The position numbers and the translations under genes were made by a program. From the human T2T-CHM13v2.0 reference genome, Homo sapiens, in NCBI RefSeq assembly GCF_009914755.1, contig NC_060942.1: 64,000 nucleotides of DNA; one strand, given 5' to 3'. Of this stretch, positions 1 through 14,527 are shown one piece after another; the first letter of the stretch is position 1, and each line of letters starts with the position of its first letter. The notes under the pieces are model-generated. The model was not told the DNA's origin. It made no database searches and was given only the letters and a program-made list of their open reading frames with translations.

Positions 1-74
1 CACTGAATTAACAGACAATATGTTTAAATGGTGTAGACTTTTTGCCACATATTTCACACTTATAAAGTACTTCA

Positions 75-345
75 GGTCAGGCGCGGTTGCTCACGCCTTG
101 TAATCCCAGCACTTTGGGAGGCTGAGGCGGGAGGATCTCTTAAGCCCAGGACTTTGAGACTAGCCTAGGCAACAGAGTGAGAGCCTGTCTCTACAAAAAC
201 ATAATTAAAAAAAAATTAGTAGTCGCAGGTACTCGGAGGCTGAGGTGGGAGGATCACTTGCGCCTAGGAGTTTGAGGCTACAGTGAGCTATGATCGCACC
301 ACTGCACTTCAGCCTGGGCAACAGGGTGAGACCTTGTCTCTTTTA
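75..345 (+). mobile_element. AluJ-type SINE with a deletion at the start of the right arm
   Basis: Alu arms with J-type ggaggatc...gagcccaggag and gtgagctatgatcg motifs. Confidence 0.9.
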
Positions 346-959
346 TTTTTAAAATATAAAAAATTTAAAAGGTCCTTCAAATTGCTATACTTCTTGAGAA
401 AACAATACTGAATTACTTGGTTTGTGAAAAAGTCCAAAGAACGTCGTTGGCTTAGGAAAGAGAGACTCACCAGGAGCAGATACCCAGCCCAACTGCCTAT
501 GTTGCACTCTGCGTTTTCTCAGCTCGGACTTTGGCATTTTACATCCAGTGATTCAAGAGTTTTGCCCTTGCTGGGACCGGTTATCTTTGAACCAGACAAA
601 AATAGGCACAAAATCAGTTGCTTTCAGTGATATCTCTGTAAAGTACGTCATGAGGTTTCTTTGAATTGGGAGATTTTCCTGCTAATTTAGGAAGCAGCTG
701 AGGAGGCTCTCCAAGGCAGCTCAGATGTTTCACCAATTCCCCAAGAGTGATCTTTCCCCCTCAACAATGCTGAAATCATTGACTTCATCACCTTTGTTTC
801 GATTGTTAAAAATTGTATTCATCAAAGATAAAACTCACTGGTGTGCTGGCAGAGCCCCATTTGAGTTTTTGTGAAGATTAGATGAATTAATCCAGGAGTG
901 GCATCTAGATGATGCTTGGAATGCAGTAAATTCTTAAAAAATGGCTTATTGTATAGGTA

Positions 960-1035
960 TTAGCTTGGTGCAAATGTGCGGCTTTTGCCGTTACTTTCAA
1001 AGGCAAAAACCGCAATTACTTTTGCACCCATCTAA
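960..1035. mobile_element. MADE1 (Hsmar1-derived MITE)
   Basis: Palindromic ttagcttggtgcaaa...ggcaaaaaccgcaattacttttgcacccatctaa flanked by TA at 958-959 and 1036-1037. Confidence 0.93.
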
Positions 1036-1044
1036 TATGTTGTG

Positions 1045-1215
1045 AGCCACTGCCAGATGTTTTACCTACAAAATCTCAACTCCTCACAGTGACTCTGCAA
1101 GGTGGTTGGTAGTATTTCTCACTTCACTGATAAAGAAGAAGAGCATCAGAGAAGTAATTTGGGTGAGGTCACACAGCTGGTGAACAGCAGTGTAGGGCAC
1201 TGAACCCAAGTCTTT
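1045..1215 (-). mobile_element. MIR
   Basis: Reverse MIR core: tcctcaca...gaggtcacacagctgg...tgaacccaag. Confidence 0.7.
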
Positions 1216-1347
1216 CCTCCCCACTGCCATCATCTCTCTCTCTTTCTCAAATTGTGGTTTGAACCTCCTGGAAGGTTTATAGCAGTTTTCTTGTGGGATG
1301 GAGGGGTGGCATGACTTTTACAGTTTGAAAAATACTTCTTTGTGCTA

Positions 1348-1570
1348 GAGGTTGACAAATACTTTCTACAAAGGGCCACATAGTATTTTAGTATTTTAGG
1401 CTTTGTGGACCATACAGTCTCTGTGGCAATGACTCAACTCTGCCATTGTAGTGTGAAAGCACCACAGGCAATACTTAAACCAATGTGTATGCCTGTGTTC
1501 CAATAAAGCTTTATTTATAGAATTAGGCTATGGGTCAGATTTGGCCCATGGGTTTTTAGTTCTGTTCCCT
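1348..1570. mobile_element. MER58A-like hAT-Charlie element
   Basis: aaagggcca...ttttaggctttgtggaccatacagtctctgt...ctgtgttccaataaa...gatttggccc. Confidence 0.85.
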
Positions 1571-1679
1571 TCAAGCCCCCCCACAACCTTAGGTGTTTCC
1601 ACTTCTCTGTTAACAGCATCACTGCCTGTCTTCCTGGAAGCTTTCCACTTTATCTGTTCAAATGTCAAAGTTGCACCCT

Positions 1680-2660
1680 CTACTAATGTTTGAGAGCTGC
1701 CATGTGCTGGGCACTGGGGAGAGGGCAGTGGCCAGGACAAAGTTCCTGACCGCATGGACCTGGTATCTGGTGGGAGACAAGTGTTTGGCAGGTGGTAAAG
1801 ATAAAAAGAATAGGTGAAGGAGACAGAGAGTGACAGGGATCCTTTTTCATGTGGGGTAGCCCAGGAAGGACTCTGAAGACAGGGCAATGGAGCAGAGTCC
1901 AACAGGGCGGGAGAGAGGAGAACACATGGCTCTGGGTGAGGAGCTTTCTGGGTGGGGGGAACAGCAAGTGCAAGGGTCCTGAGATGGGAGTGTGCCTAGC
2001 ATGTTTGAGACACAGCTGGGAATCCAGAGTGGCTGGAGTGCAGCAAGGAGAAAGAGGAGCTGTGCAAGCTGAGACCGGGAAGGGGAAGTCCGTAGGGTCT
2101 TTGTGTCATTGTAGGGCTTACTGGGGGCAGTCACAGGGGAGTTTTGAGCAGCAGAGTGTCCTGATCTGACTCATACCACAAGAGATCCCTCTGGCTGTTG
2201 GGTGGAGAGAGCCTGTAGGGTGATTAGGGGTGGCTTCCGGGAGCCTCACTAGGTGGATGATGTTGGGAGAAGCCCAGAGATTCCTGAATATGTCATGAAG
2301 ACAGAGCCACATGTTTTCCCAATGGATTGCAGTAGAAAGTGGGAAGAGAGGGGTCAAGGCTGACTTGAGGTTTTGGCTGAAGCAGCTGGAAGGACAGAGC
2401 TGCACTTCACTGAGTTGGGAGACTGTGGGAGAGCAGGTTTATGGGGACAATGAGGACCTCATTTTGTGTGTTTAAGGTGGGGCTGTCAGTTGGATTCCAA
2501 GTACAGATGTCAAATAGGCCATGGATTCTCAAGTTGGGAGTTCAGGCTGGAGCCATACAGTGGGGAGTGAGCAAGGCATAGATGGTCTTGGTCTTTAAAG
2601 CCAGGCTGGCGGGTGTTGCCCATGGAGTGAGTACAGAGAAAGTGTGGGAAAGATTGGGGG
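1680..2660 (-). mobile_element. L2 fragment
   Basis: Reverse L2 3' region, including gggaacagcaagtgcaagggtcctgagatgggag and gtggctggag motifs. Confidence 0.75.
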
Positions 2661-4430
2661 ATTCTTGCCCCGAATCCCCCATGTCTGCTGATTTCATGCC
2701 CCAAGGGTCTTACCTAAAAACCACTTCCGTTGCTTCCTTTCAAGTGAGTTATCCACAGAGCTACCAGGGAACCCTGGAGTGCAACACCAGCTGTGTCCCA
2801 CCCCACTGAAACCTCTGGTATATCTGCACCACCCACAGAAGAGTACACAAGCACCTCTGTCTCGTGTGATTTGTACCAGTCCGCCCAACGAACCACTCTT
2901 GTACCCCCACCCCCAAATTCTGCCGCTGAGCAAAGCAAAGTGAAGTACTGTTGCTCTTGCTGCCTGTCCTGGTGTTCATGGCTCTTCCCACCTGGAACCC
3001 ACTCCCTTACCCAACAGTATGTAATGGCAAGTAGCCACTGTGCCAGAGACTTCAAAGATCCTAGAGTGGAGTCATTGTCATGTAGACTTACATCTTTAAA
3101 AGGATTCTCTCAAGATGATGAAGGTGTTGGGGTATAGTCACAGGCCTGCTATGGCCCTCTCAGTCTGGGGGCTGCAGTGATGGGGTAGGGTGGGGTGGTG
3201 ATGCAGGATGTGACTGGGGGATGCAGAAAGAGGGAGTACATGAGTTTCAGCTGTGAAGAAGAACTGGCTCAAGGAAAGGATGAGGCCAGCTGGTGTTGTA
3301 GCCCTGCCTAGTAGTGAGCAGGTTCCCAGCAATGCAACAGATGTCTTGAGGATGCCTGCATGGACCCAAGAGCCACATCCCAACAGGAGAGGGAATTCCA
3401 AGAGAGAACTAAGGCAGGGTGCCCAGGTTACCATTGGGCCCGTTGCCATCAACCTGAGACTTACAAAGGGCAAATAGCTTTCACTTGCATATGCTAAATC
3501 AAATCAATTGATAATGCCTGCCTGGGGTGCCATCTAGGAGTGAGGTCTCTGAAGAAAGAATGCAGTGATTGATGAGTCAGGTCTACCAGGGAAGGTGTGG
3601 GGCCAAGTGTTGGCCATTGTGAACTGACTGACAGCTGTCCCTACTGAGTTTAGGAGGGCTTAGCATACCCCCTGTACACCCAGGAGGGAATCATGTTGTG
3701 TGAATTACACACCTAGCTTGAAATTAACCAACTTAACCAGACCTATTAGTTTTTCTAAAATGGAGTAGGGCAAAAGTCACAGGTTTTCTCCTCATTCTTT
3801 GGCAGTGACCCCTAACATTACGTCTATGTCTTACATCATGGAGTGAATAACATGTAAGCTTCTTGACATGTGAAAACAAAGCATCTGAGAGAAAAGATAC
3901 CCAAAGTAGCAGGAGATTTCACCAAAAGGAAATAACATTTGTGAAAGCATTCTGAGCACTGTCGAGTGCTCTATAAATATAAGGACTTATTGTGCATTGC
4001 CTGAGGAGAACCAGCTCAGCCATAATGCTCACAGTTACAGGAGAGACTTGCCTTGTTACTTTTCCTTCCTACAGTTAAGTTTCTTCTCTTGGAATGTGAA
4101 GAGAGCCTCTGGGGATGGGCTTTGCCGGAATGGGTAGCTCCTTGCTGCAGGCTGAAGGCAGGGGACTGTGGCGTGCAGGGCTGACCATCCGTCACTTTGC
4201 TGGCTGGTGTATCCAGGAGGGATCAAGCCGGTGAAAAGCTGGCTGCTGCCACCAGAGGTAGGCAGGGTGACTTGGCTTCATGCAGGGAGGCCAAGATAGT
4301 CACTTTCCTGCTGTGCAGCCTGCTGTTTATGGGCACGGTCTTTTCCCAGGAGGAAGAACTTCTTGGGAAACCACATCAGGGTTAGGGGGTCTTGGTGAAT
4401 GCAGCATCAGAGCTGGAATCTTTTTCTGAT

Positions 4431-4461
4431 GAGTGAGTGAGTGAGTGAGTGAGTGAGTGAG
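4431..4461. repeat. (GAGT)n microsatellite, about 7.5 units
   Basis: Direct reading. Confidence 0.95.
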
Positions 4462-5069
4462 CAAGCATGGCATCAGATCAGTGGAAGGCACATGGACCTC
4501 TGTGGCCCAGAGTGAGCATGCTCATTTGGGAGCTGGCCTGCCCTGCCCCTGCCTTTAGATGAGACATTCCTTGCTGCTCCCCAGGCGCTCTCCTGCCATT
4601 CCTGTTCTGATGATAGCCAGATCCCACCTGCTTCTGGGCGCAAATCTCTTTGTAATATTTTGCTTGTTCTGATTTCCTCCAAAGAGGTGTGTATCCAAAT
4701 CTTTCCCATTTTCTTTTGTAAATGGGTGAAACTCTAAACAATAACATACAAATAATTTTCTCTGCTGACATTTGAAACAGGCTTCAAAATTCTCTGGCAT
4801 TCAAAAAAAGTTTGGATTGACTACTAGTTTAAGAATATTCAAGAGGGGGGTTTTAGTCCTCTCTCAGCCTTTGTATATACTTAATTGACAAAAGAACTGG
4901 ATTGCCAGAAAGTGCACTAGAAGTGAGTCTCTCTGCTTTATACGAGGCCTCTTGTTCTTCTGAGAATACTGATGTCAGTAGATAAACGTGGCAGAGTTTG
5001 CTGGCCTGAGCTCCCCACTGTAACTGTAGGGCTTCTGTGGGATGGATATTAGGGGCAGTTCTTCTGCTA

Positions 5070-5816
5070 CAGCAGTCTGGAGCCAGTCAGGAGTGAGAAA
5101 CCACACAGTGATCTAAACAGGGAAGTTTAATATGAAGAATCATTAACCTATGCCAGAAGAGTAACTATAAGATCAAAGAAAAGTCTATAGTCCCCTAGGG
5201 CTGAAGGTACCAAAGGAAGGACAACTTTGGAAGGGGTTCAGTTCTTGTTGGAGAAGGTGTGGTTGGGTGAGGATGGCAGGGAAGTTCGCTGATTTAGCTG
5301 GTCAGCAGTCATGGGGCAAACAGGAAGCAACTTCCCAGAGCTCAGGAGGGGTGGGGGAGCTGCAGCTGGTGTTGGTGTGTGGCCATGCAGGGGAGTGGGG
5401 CACCGGTGCAGGCAGGAGCCTGGAGTGCACACGGATAGGAGGACCATGGGAGACAAACCTGGGGGCAGGGGATGAGTGAGCAGAGGGAATTAATGCGATG
5501 GTGGGCGGGTGGACTAGAGCACCAGTTGTGCATGCTGAGAGGTGATCGCTGGGCTGTTCAGGGGCTGTGAGGTTGCTGAAAGAGGGCACCTTCTGGGTGT
5601 AAGGCTGAGGAACAGCCCTGCCTGAATGTCCTCCTCTCCTCCTCACCAGTCCCTTCCTCCTGCAGTGTTCCCTTCAGCCAGAGTCCTCTTCTGAGAAAGC
5701 TTAACATTGTGCTCACTGTAAAGGAGAAATGCTTGAAGGAATTCCTTCCATTATTGCAGAGTATGTATTGAAGGATGAATTTGGAGCTGAGAGGCAATAC
5801 CTTGCTAACTGGCATA
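5070..5816 (-). mobile_element. ERVL solo LTR, LTR41/LTR33-like
   Basis: Reverse complement begins tatgccagttagcaaggtattgcctctcagctccaaattcatccttcaatac, matching the recalled LTR41/LTR33 5' end. Confidence 0.7.
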
Positions 5817-7231
5817 CCTGGTTTGCCTTCCCTGCAGCAGCTGTGGCCCCAGGATGTCTGTGGGGATGTAGGCGGCACCTTGCTCCAGGTGGCCCTATTT
5901 ATTTCAGAGTGTGGCTCACATAGGGGCTGGCTCTCCTTGCAAGGCTTCTCTTTAAGGCTTTGCCTTAAGGACAGAGGCCTAGAGGGAAGGAGACATGATT
6001 CTCTCTCACAGGCCTGCTAACAGCTCCACCTGAAAGGAACTGAGCTGGAGCAGGCAGATGCTCCTGCTAGAGATGTATGTGACTTGAGGAACTTAACTTG
6101 CCCCATTTTGGTTCTGGCAGTGTCAACTCTGGCTCACAGAGGATGCCCCCCTCTCTGCATTCTCTTCAACCCAATGCAGGTGTGAAACACTTGACCGGTG
6201 TCTGTTTCTGTGTCCTAGACAACTGGTCCCATCCACAGCTTGAGGAGTTCCTGGAAGGAATCTTTCTTATTGGTGCACCTGCTAGGCAGGTTCTGTGCCT
6301 GCCTCTATGAACTCCCTGGCTCAGGTTGGAGTGGGTGGGCATGCCTATAGCGGTAAGGCGGTTGCCAGCGTTAGTTTTGCTTAGTCTCCCTCTGCCTGGG
6401 CCCCAGCCATAGAAATTCTGACTTAGTTGATGAGAATCAGGGTTGTGGCATCATCTTCCCAATCCCTTACCCCCTGCCATGTGGTTTTAAAGTGCAGCCA
6501 AGGTGGGGAGCCCTGATTTGAGCCAGACTCTGCCTGCTGGGGCAGGCCACCTCTTGGCTTGTGTACTCTTCTGTTTACTTGTGTGCCTCATTCATGTTTG
6601 CTATGAACATTTTGAGAGCAAAGATTGTTTTCATTCTCTTTGCACATCTGTCTCCCACACTGCCCTTAGCCAATGGCAGCCTCAAACTTACACTGCACCC
6701 ACCAGCCTTGGTTCCCTGGAGCAGTGGAGTTGATGGTGCCTCCAGGTTTATACCATAATCGGCAAAGAAACTCACTGTCTCCACTGGGAGATATGACTTT
6801 CTAGACTTTATCGGGTTCTAATTTTTACTTGCCAAAGGAGGGAGTGAGGAAATTTAGTCTCAGAGAGGATGGCTGTCAGGTAAAGACAGCTGCTGCTGGC
6901 TACCTTTGTCTTGGAACACTTGACCTGCCGACATGGAGGGGTGGTTGTTTGTCAACTGGAATTCTTCTCCAGGAGTTTGTTTACAAACTGCAAGAATTCC
7001 ATGTAGTCTTCACTTAATTTGGTGGAAAGGATCCAAACCATTGTAAAGCTAATCCAGAGGAATGTACAATTCTGCCTTTTTGGGTTTATAACCATTTTTT
7101 GCCTTGGCAGGATCTAACGTGAGCTATCATGGCCATTTCCAGATGTGAACAGTCCACCACGTTTACACAATCCAGTTGTCCTGCCTGCAGTGGGGTGTGG
7201 GTGGAGCAGAGTCATCTGTCTTTGTTTAACC

Positions 7232-7422
7232 ACAGCTCTCAAAGTGTGGTTCCTGGACCAACAGCTTCAGTGGCACCTGGGTACTTATTAGAAATGCAGA
7301 CTTTTGACCCCACCGCCACCCCTCCTAACCTATTAATCCTGAAACTCTGGGGGTGGGATCCAGCACTCTGTTGTAAGAAACCCTCCAGTGACTTATCCAT
7401 GCTTAAGTTTGAGAACTGCTTC
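7232..7422. mobile_element. MER5A hAT-Charlie MITE
   Basis: ctcaaagtgtggttcctggacca...agaaatgcag...gaaactctgggggtgg...agtttgagaac. Confidence 0.85.
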
Positions 7423-8683
7423 TCTATCCAGTAGTCAACCTGGATGGACAACTTAGCACATCACAGTCCCACCTGTGCTTTTTCTTTTCTTTTTTAACCC
7501 CCAGTGCTTTATCTGTATTCAGCCCTGTATTCTCCATGTGTACCTTTTGAATCAGATCCATATTCCTGGCCAAGGTCAGATGTGCTGCCTTAGTGAGGCC
7601 TTGACTGACCCCTGTCCTCCAGCAGGTCTGCTCAAGCTCTTGCATTCTCTCTCTGACCTCTGTTGAGTGTGGTCCCCCCACATCAGCAGCACTGGGCTCT
7701 TGTTAGAAACATAAAATCCTGGCCCTGCCCCAACTCTGTAGGTAGTTTCTATCCACTTTAAAGGTTAGCAAGCACTGATGAAACAACTCTGATTGTGTTA
7801 AAATAAGTCAGTTTTTTATGGATTACATTTTTAATAATACTTATTCATTAGGAAAAAAATGGGACATACAGAAAAGCCCAAGAAGCAAAGGCACCCAAGT
7901 TAAGGAGAGGCAGCTCTTTCCATAGACACTGACATGAGCAGCCTCTCTGGGTATCCTTATTAAGTGCTGGTCTCACTTTTGTTCTAGGAGGAGTGCTATT
8001 CAGATGACCTGTTTTTGAGACAGAAGCCATCCTTTCAACAACAGCTAACACCATGTCTTACACAGAACAGATGTTCAATAACTATTTAAGGACACAAACA
8101 GGGGGTTTTAAGCATTTGCTGCTTCTGTAAGGGTATTGTCTCTTTCTGGAGATTGGAGTGTCCAGAATATTAATGAGGTAGGTCAAGGGTGTTTTGGGCT
8201 GAGCTCAATCTTGATTCGGTGATCAGAATGTCTCAGTCTGGAATCTCCATGGTTGGCTTTCCTGAGGGACAGTGAAGCTTGATGAAAAACTATGCATGTA
8301 GCTCTCATTCCTGGCCAAGACTGCTCTCTGTACCAGAAAACTGACTTTCTGACTTACTGGGAAGACTAATGGATAATCTGATTTAGGTTTTAGTGGAATA
8401 AAAGTGTGACTGAAAGAGGGTAGAGGGAAAGAGGGAATCGTCCTGTCTGCCCCTCTGGCCCAAAGATAGGGGACTAATTTATTCCTGTAAGGAGGCCTGG
8501 CAGCTGGTGAGAGGTGTTCTGAAGTGCTCCAGGGGCCACCTTCAGCCCAGCACCCTGGCTGTGTGCCCCTTTCTTTTAGCAGGTGTGCCTGAGGCCTGTC
8601 CCTACCCCTTGTGGCCTTGGGAGCAGCTGCAAATCTCCAGGGCCTGGGCTAGGCTCATGGATGCACATGGCAGTCGCCTAGGA

Positions 8684-9211
<528 letters not shown>

Positions 9212-10145
9212 GCCTAGTAGAAATGGCTGTGACCTTGGAGTCATAAGCTTCTAGACCTGTCCAGCATTCCCCATTGCCCAGCTTTGCTGCCTGGAGGAAG
9301 TGTCCAGCTTGCCTCATACGGATGCTGCTGCCACATCTCTGTTCCTGGCCTCCAAGTGTGCAGAAACTTGGGTGCCCCTGTGCTGTGCTCCTCACGTGCC
9401 TCTGTTGCTAGACAGGGGTGGCTCTGAACAGTAGGCACAGAGGAACTAAAGCCTGAATGGTTCCTGCCTGTTCAGCCATTACCTTCCATGAGGGTGCATG
9501 AGGCTGTGTGAAAACCGGGTTATACTCATGCACATGACGGCACGGGCATCTCGCTGGGAGAACAGCATGAACGTTGTGGCAACCTTTTAGGACATACAAC
9601 GTGTTCTTACACCACACACATCTGGTGCTGCAGTGTCTGCTTGGCCAGAGCATTTCTCATCAACATCTGGGAAGGATTACTCTCTGTCTAAAACCAAACC
9701 GTGTGGTGGCCGTAAGAAACTGCATGTTTAGGCAAATTGTAAAATAAGCAGGCGGTGGTGCTCATGTGTGCACCTCTATGAGGATGATGGGTATGAATTG
9801 TTTTCCAGAAAATCTCAAGTCCCTTCACCTTGAATGCTGAACCGGAAAGGAACCTGAGTTGAGTCCTGTCACAAACGTGTCACTGCCTGTGACCAAAAGC
9901 ACTTGGACCATTTCTGGGGCCTGAAGAAAATTTTGATTTTGACATTTTAAAAGCCATCATTATAGTATGCATTTTAGCTGTAGAGTATCTCTAGATCCCA
10001 ATAAGATGGTGACTGATGACAGATCTTAATCTCATAGATGGTAATCTGTGAATTCACATTTCACAGTGGATTCTCACTAGAAAATAGACTATGTTTAAAA
10101 TGTTCATTGACCATCCTCAGCAACCTTAGATTGAAAATTAATTTT

Positions 10146-10464
10146 GGCTGAACGCAGTGGCTCAAGCCTGTAATCCCAGCACTTTGGGAGTCCGAGGCGG
10201 GCAGATCACCTGAGATCAGGAGTTCGAGGCCAGCCTGGCCAACATGGTGAAACCCTGTTTCTGCTAAAAATACAAAAAAAAAAAAAAATTATCCAGATGT
10301 GGTGACATGCACCTGTAATCCCAGCTACTTGGGAGGCTGAGGCAGGAGAATTGCTTGAACCTGGGAGGTGGAGTTGCAGTGAGCCAAGATTGTGCCATTG
10401 CACTCCAGCCTGGGCAACAAGAGTGAAACTCCGTCTCAAAAAAAAAAAAAAAAAAAAAAAAAAA
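10146..10464 (+). mobile_element. AluS (Sq/Sp-like)
   Basis: Full dimer, gcaacaagagtgaaact diagnostic, long A tail. Confidence 0.92.
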
Positions 10465-10479
10465 GGAAATTAATTTCTA

Positions 10480-10780
10480 TGTCGAGCACGGTGGCTCACA
10501 CCTGTAATCCCAGCACTTTGGGAGGCCAAAGTGAGTGGATCTACTTGAGGCCAGGAGTTTGAGACCAGCCTGGCCAACATGGCGAAACCTCATCTCTACA
10601 AAAAATATAAAAATCAGATGGGCGTGGTGGTACATTCCTGTAGTCCTAGTTACTCGGGAGGCTGAGGCAGAGAATTGTTTGAACCTGGGAGGTGGAGGTT
10701 GCAGTGAGCTGAGATTGTGCCACTGCACTCCAGCCTGGGTGAAAGAGTGAGACTCTGTCTCAGAAAAAAAAAAAAAAAAA
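10480..10780 (+). mobile_element. AluS (Sz/Sx-like)
   Basis: Full dimer with A tail, directly after the previous Alu. Confidence 0.92.
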
Positions 10781-12654
10781 GTTAATTTTTATATTAAAGG
10801 TCAGATTCTCCAGACTCACAAATGAGCTAACTTGGAACATTCCCAGAGTCTGTACTGACCATTTGTATTTTTTGTTATAGAAATGTACTTCCTGCACAGT
10901 GAATACGATCCCCAAACACACCAGACCTGGTCACAGTGATAGCCCTGCACTGGGCTGGTATATAACGTGAATAATCCTGGAAGAGGAGTGGACTTTTCCT
11001 CTCCAAACCTTTCTCAAACACAAACTGAAGATGACAATATGTGTGGAGGTTTTTAGGGAATATTTACTTGGGGCATGTGACATTACAAATGGCAGCGTTT
11101 CACTTTTGCTGTCCCCTGCATGTGGCTCTTTGGAAGGGCCATCCTTCAGCATCCTGGAGCTCCAGGGGAGACAAGTCCTAAAGACTTGTGGTCCTCTGCT
11201 CATGAGCAAGGACCATGCTTGTGTTTTTTTCTTTCTTTTTTTCTCTTCCGATTAAAAGTGCACAAGTTGTAATTTAGAAATACATGGATGCCTGTGGATT
11301 TTAAAATTGGATTTTAAAAGTTGTGGCAGGGAGTACAGGGACCAGTCTTTAATTATAGCTCACACCAACCCTATACTTTGTGATGCCAGGTTGGGGGAGG
11401 CATCACTGCTGAACAGGACTCCCGTAATCTGCATCTCAGGCATCTCACAGTGGGGCTTTCTGTTTGTTCTGGAGACAGAATGGAGGAAACAGAGGGGAGG
11501 CAGCGGATGCTGACTTGGGTATCTGGGACTCTGAGGATCTTAAAGGCAGCACAGCCCTCAACAAGTAGAGGTGTTTGGTTGAGGGGTTTCAGCTGATCAC
11601 TAAACCAGGGCTGTCTGGTCACAGAGTTAATGAATTACTAAGGGAACGGAGTAGAGTCAATTACACTGCTGGTTTCATGCTGCTGACCTTGAAATCCTCT
11701 GGTTATTGAGAATGTGGCAGGTAGAGAACATTAGTGTTATGTACAGTTGAAACTAAATGAAGAAACTGCACATTTAATCATATTGCATCTGAGGAAAAAG
11801 ATCTTTGTGTCACGTGAACCAGGGTCCAGATATGTAGCAGAAATGAGCTAGGCAGGCAGGTGGCTCTGGATACTTGGTAGCCTGTGCTTGGAATGGAGGG
11901 CAGTACTGCTCAGCTCAGCCTCCCTGGGGCTGCTGTAAAGGACAGCCCAGGGTTTCTGGATGTTTCCAACCTTCAAGAGAAGCTGGAAACCTGGCTTTTT
12001 ATGTACCGTGCCTTTACTTTTAACTATTGGCAGCTAACCAAAAGTATTCTAAAACGCCATGTGGGTCACACCGAGTGTGGCAGTGTTCTGCCAGTTGCAG
12101 AACCACGATGTCCTGCAGGTCCCATCATTTCACAGCTGTGATAGATAACAGGCTGGCCCAATATTCTGCTGCCAGCTTGGCTCTGAGGCTGGCTTTCTTT
12201 ATCCCTTAAGGGCTGTTTTCTGGGGGATGCTATGGAATGACTCGTGAGTTCTGGGTTTTCCTGGCCAGCAGGCAGCTCACCCTCTAGTATTCTTAAAAGC
12301 TTTTCCTAGAAGTCCGCAGTCACAGCCAGCTGGACTTCCCTGAGGTGTGGCTTCTGCTCCTGGGCCTTCGTATCACAGATGCCAGGTGGAGCTAGATTCT
12401 TGGCCCATTTGTGTGTTTTCCCTGGATCTCAGTGGGCCTACCCTTAGACCCCAGGATATACTCACTTAGCCTGAAGGGTGCCGTGTGGATAAATGTGACA
12501 AAGTAGGAAGGAGAGCCGGGCACTGGCTACAGAGGGGAAGTTCTGAACAGATTGGGATTCCTGAGTTTCTGCTCTTGGTTTTCAGCCCAGCCTGAGACTT
12601 CTGCTCTCCCCCTGCCCAGGGGAGATGAAGTGGTGGTGTCTCTGTCACCTTTTC

Positions 12655-12810
12655 TCAGGGTGGGGCCCCAGGTTCCTGCATCAGATCACCTGTGGGTGGT
12701 AGGAAATGTGCCATGTCCCGGGCCCCACCTGCTCAGACTCACAGAATTAGGATATTGGGGTATGTTCCAGGAATCTGCACTTTGAATGCTCCCAGGAGGT
12801 TGATGGAGGG
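12655..12810. mobile_element. MER5-like fragment
   Basis: ttctcagggtggggcccc...atcacctg...gggccccacc...ccaggaatctgcactttgaa. Confidence 0.55.
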
Positions 12811-12971
12811 ATGGCAAGGGCACTGGGCAGTAGGGTCTTGTGATTCCAAGTCATGTTCTATGGGCCCCACCATCCAGGAATGCAAGCAGATGAGGGCAGG
12901 CAGCAGCCAACTGGCTGCTTCGGGCTCATAGCCCAGAACCCAACAGGAAGTGTTGAGTGGTGGCCTGCCCT

Positions 12972-13512
12972 AGGACCGACTCCATGGGTGTGTAACGAGT
13001 GTAGTTGCACAGGGCCCCATATGCAGAAGGGGGCTCTGCACTTGGAATTTAATGCTATGTGGCTATAGTCCTGAAATTCTTAATTTTATTTTTGAAGTTG
13101 TGTCTTTTAAGCAAAGGCCAACGGGACAGTGGAGCAGGTGCTAGGGGCTTGGCGCTTCTGCCTCCCTACTTCCCTGTGGTGGGTGGTCTGCTGCCCACTC
13201 CTCACCCCGCCCAGGGACTTCTGCTGCTCTTTTCCCAGCAGGGGCCTGGGTGCAGGTGCAGAGAGAGTTGGGGTTGGGCATGTTCTTCATGTGCAGAGTG
13301 GTGGGGCTGGGGCTGTGGACACCTGTGAAACTCTACATATGTCCAGTGAGTATCCCCGTGCCTGAGAAAGTACAATAGTAAATAGCTGATTTTAAAAAAC
13401 ACCATGGGAGGTCAAAAGAGACTGCTGATGGAAGGAGAATGATTTTTTTCCTGCTTTTTGAACATTAGGCCCCACATTTTTGGTTTATGCTACAAATTAT
13501 GTAGCTGGTCTG
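12972..13512. mobile_element. hAT-Tip100 element (MER91/Zaphod-like)
   Basis: gcacagggcccc...cagaagggg...tgaaattcttaa at the left end and ggccccacattttt...caaattatgtagctggtc at the right end match recalled MER91A termini. Confidence 0.65.
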
Positions 13513-14080
13513 AGTGACCCTATGCATAAACCCTGTTCTTATTGGATCTACTTTATTGGTGGCTCACATTAATGAAATAATGCACCCCTTCTCCTAGGTT
13601 TTTGCTTTCTCTCCCTTTCACCAATTCTTCATTCTGATAACACTGAAAGTCTTTCATATGTTTAGTTTCTTTATACATTGTAGTATTCTTGTTTGAACGA
13701 ATGTGAACAACAGGGATTTTTAAATATAAAGCAATAACATATTAAAAGTCCTTGAAAGCTTTATGCAAGAGCTTTGATGATTTAAAGAGAATCAGTAAGA
13801 GTTATCCTATTTATGTGGTTTATCCAATAATTGTTCAATTTTTAAGTGCGTGAATTTGGTTATGTAGTTTAGCCACCTAGGAGTGATTTGCACTGCCTCA
13901 CTTTGTTAGGCAGGATAATAATAAATAAGCAGGATACGCTTGGGACCCGCTGTGTGCTCTGTGAATGTTTGCAGAAGACTAGGAGGTGGGGATTGGAGCA
14001 TACATATCTTGGCAAAGGTTTTTATTGTTTGAAGGTTGAGCAGCTGGTAACACTAGGCCTAATTATTCCAGATGTTATAG

Positions 14081-14527
<447 letters not shown>

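Noticed and set aside
2690-3720. Possible additional LTR fragments
   Set aside because: Composition is suggestive, but I could not match a consensus or find termini or TSDs.
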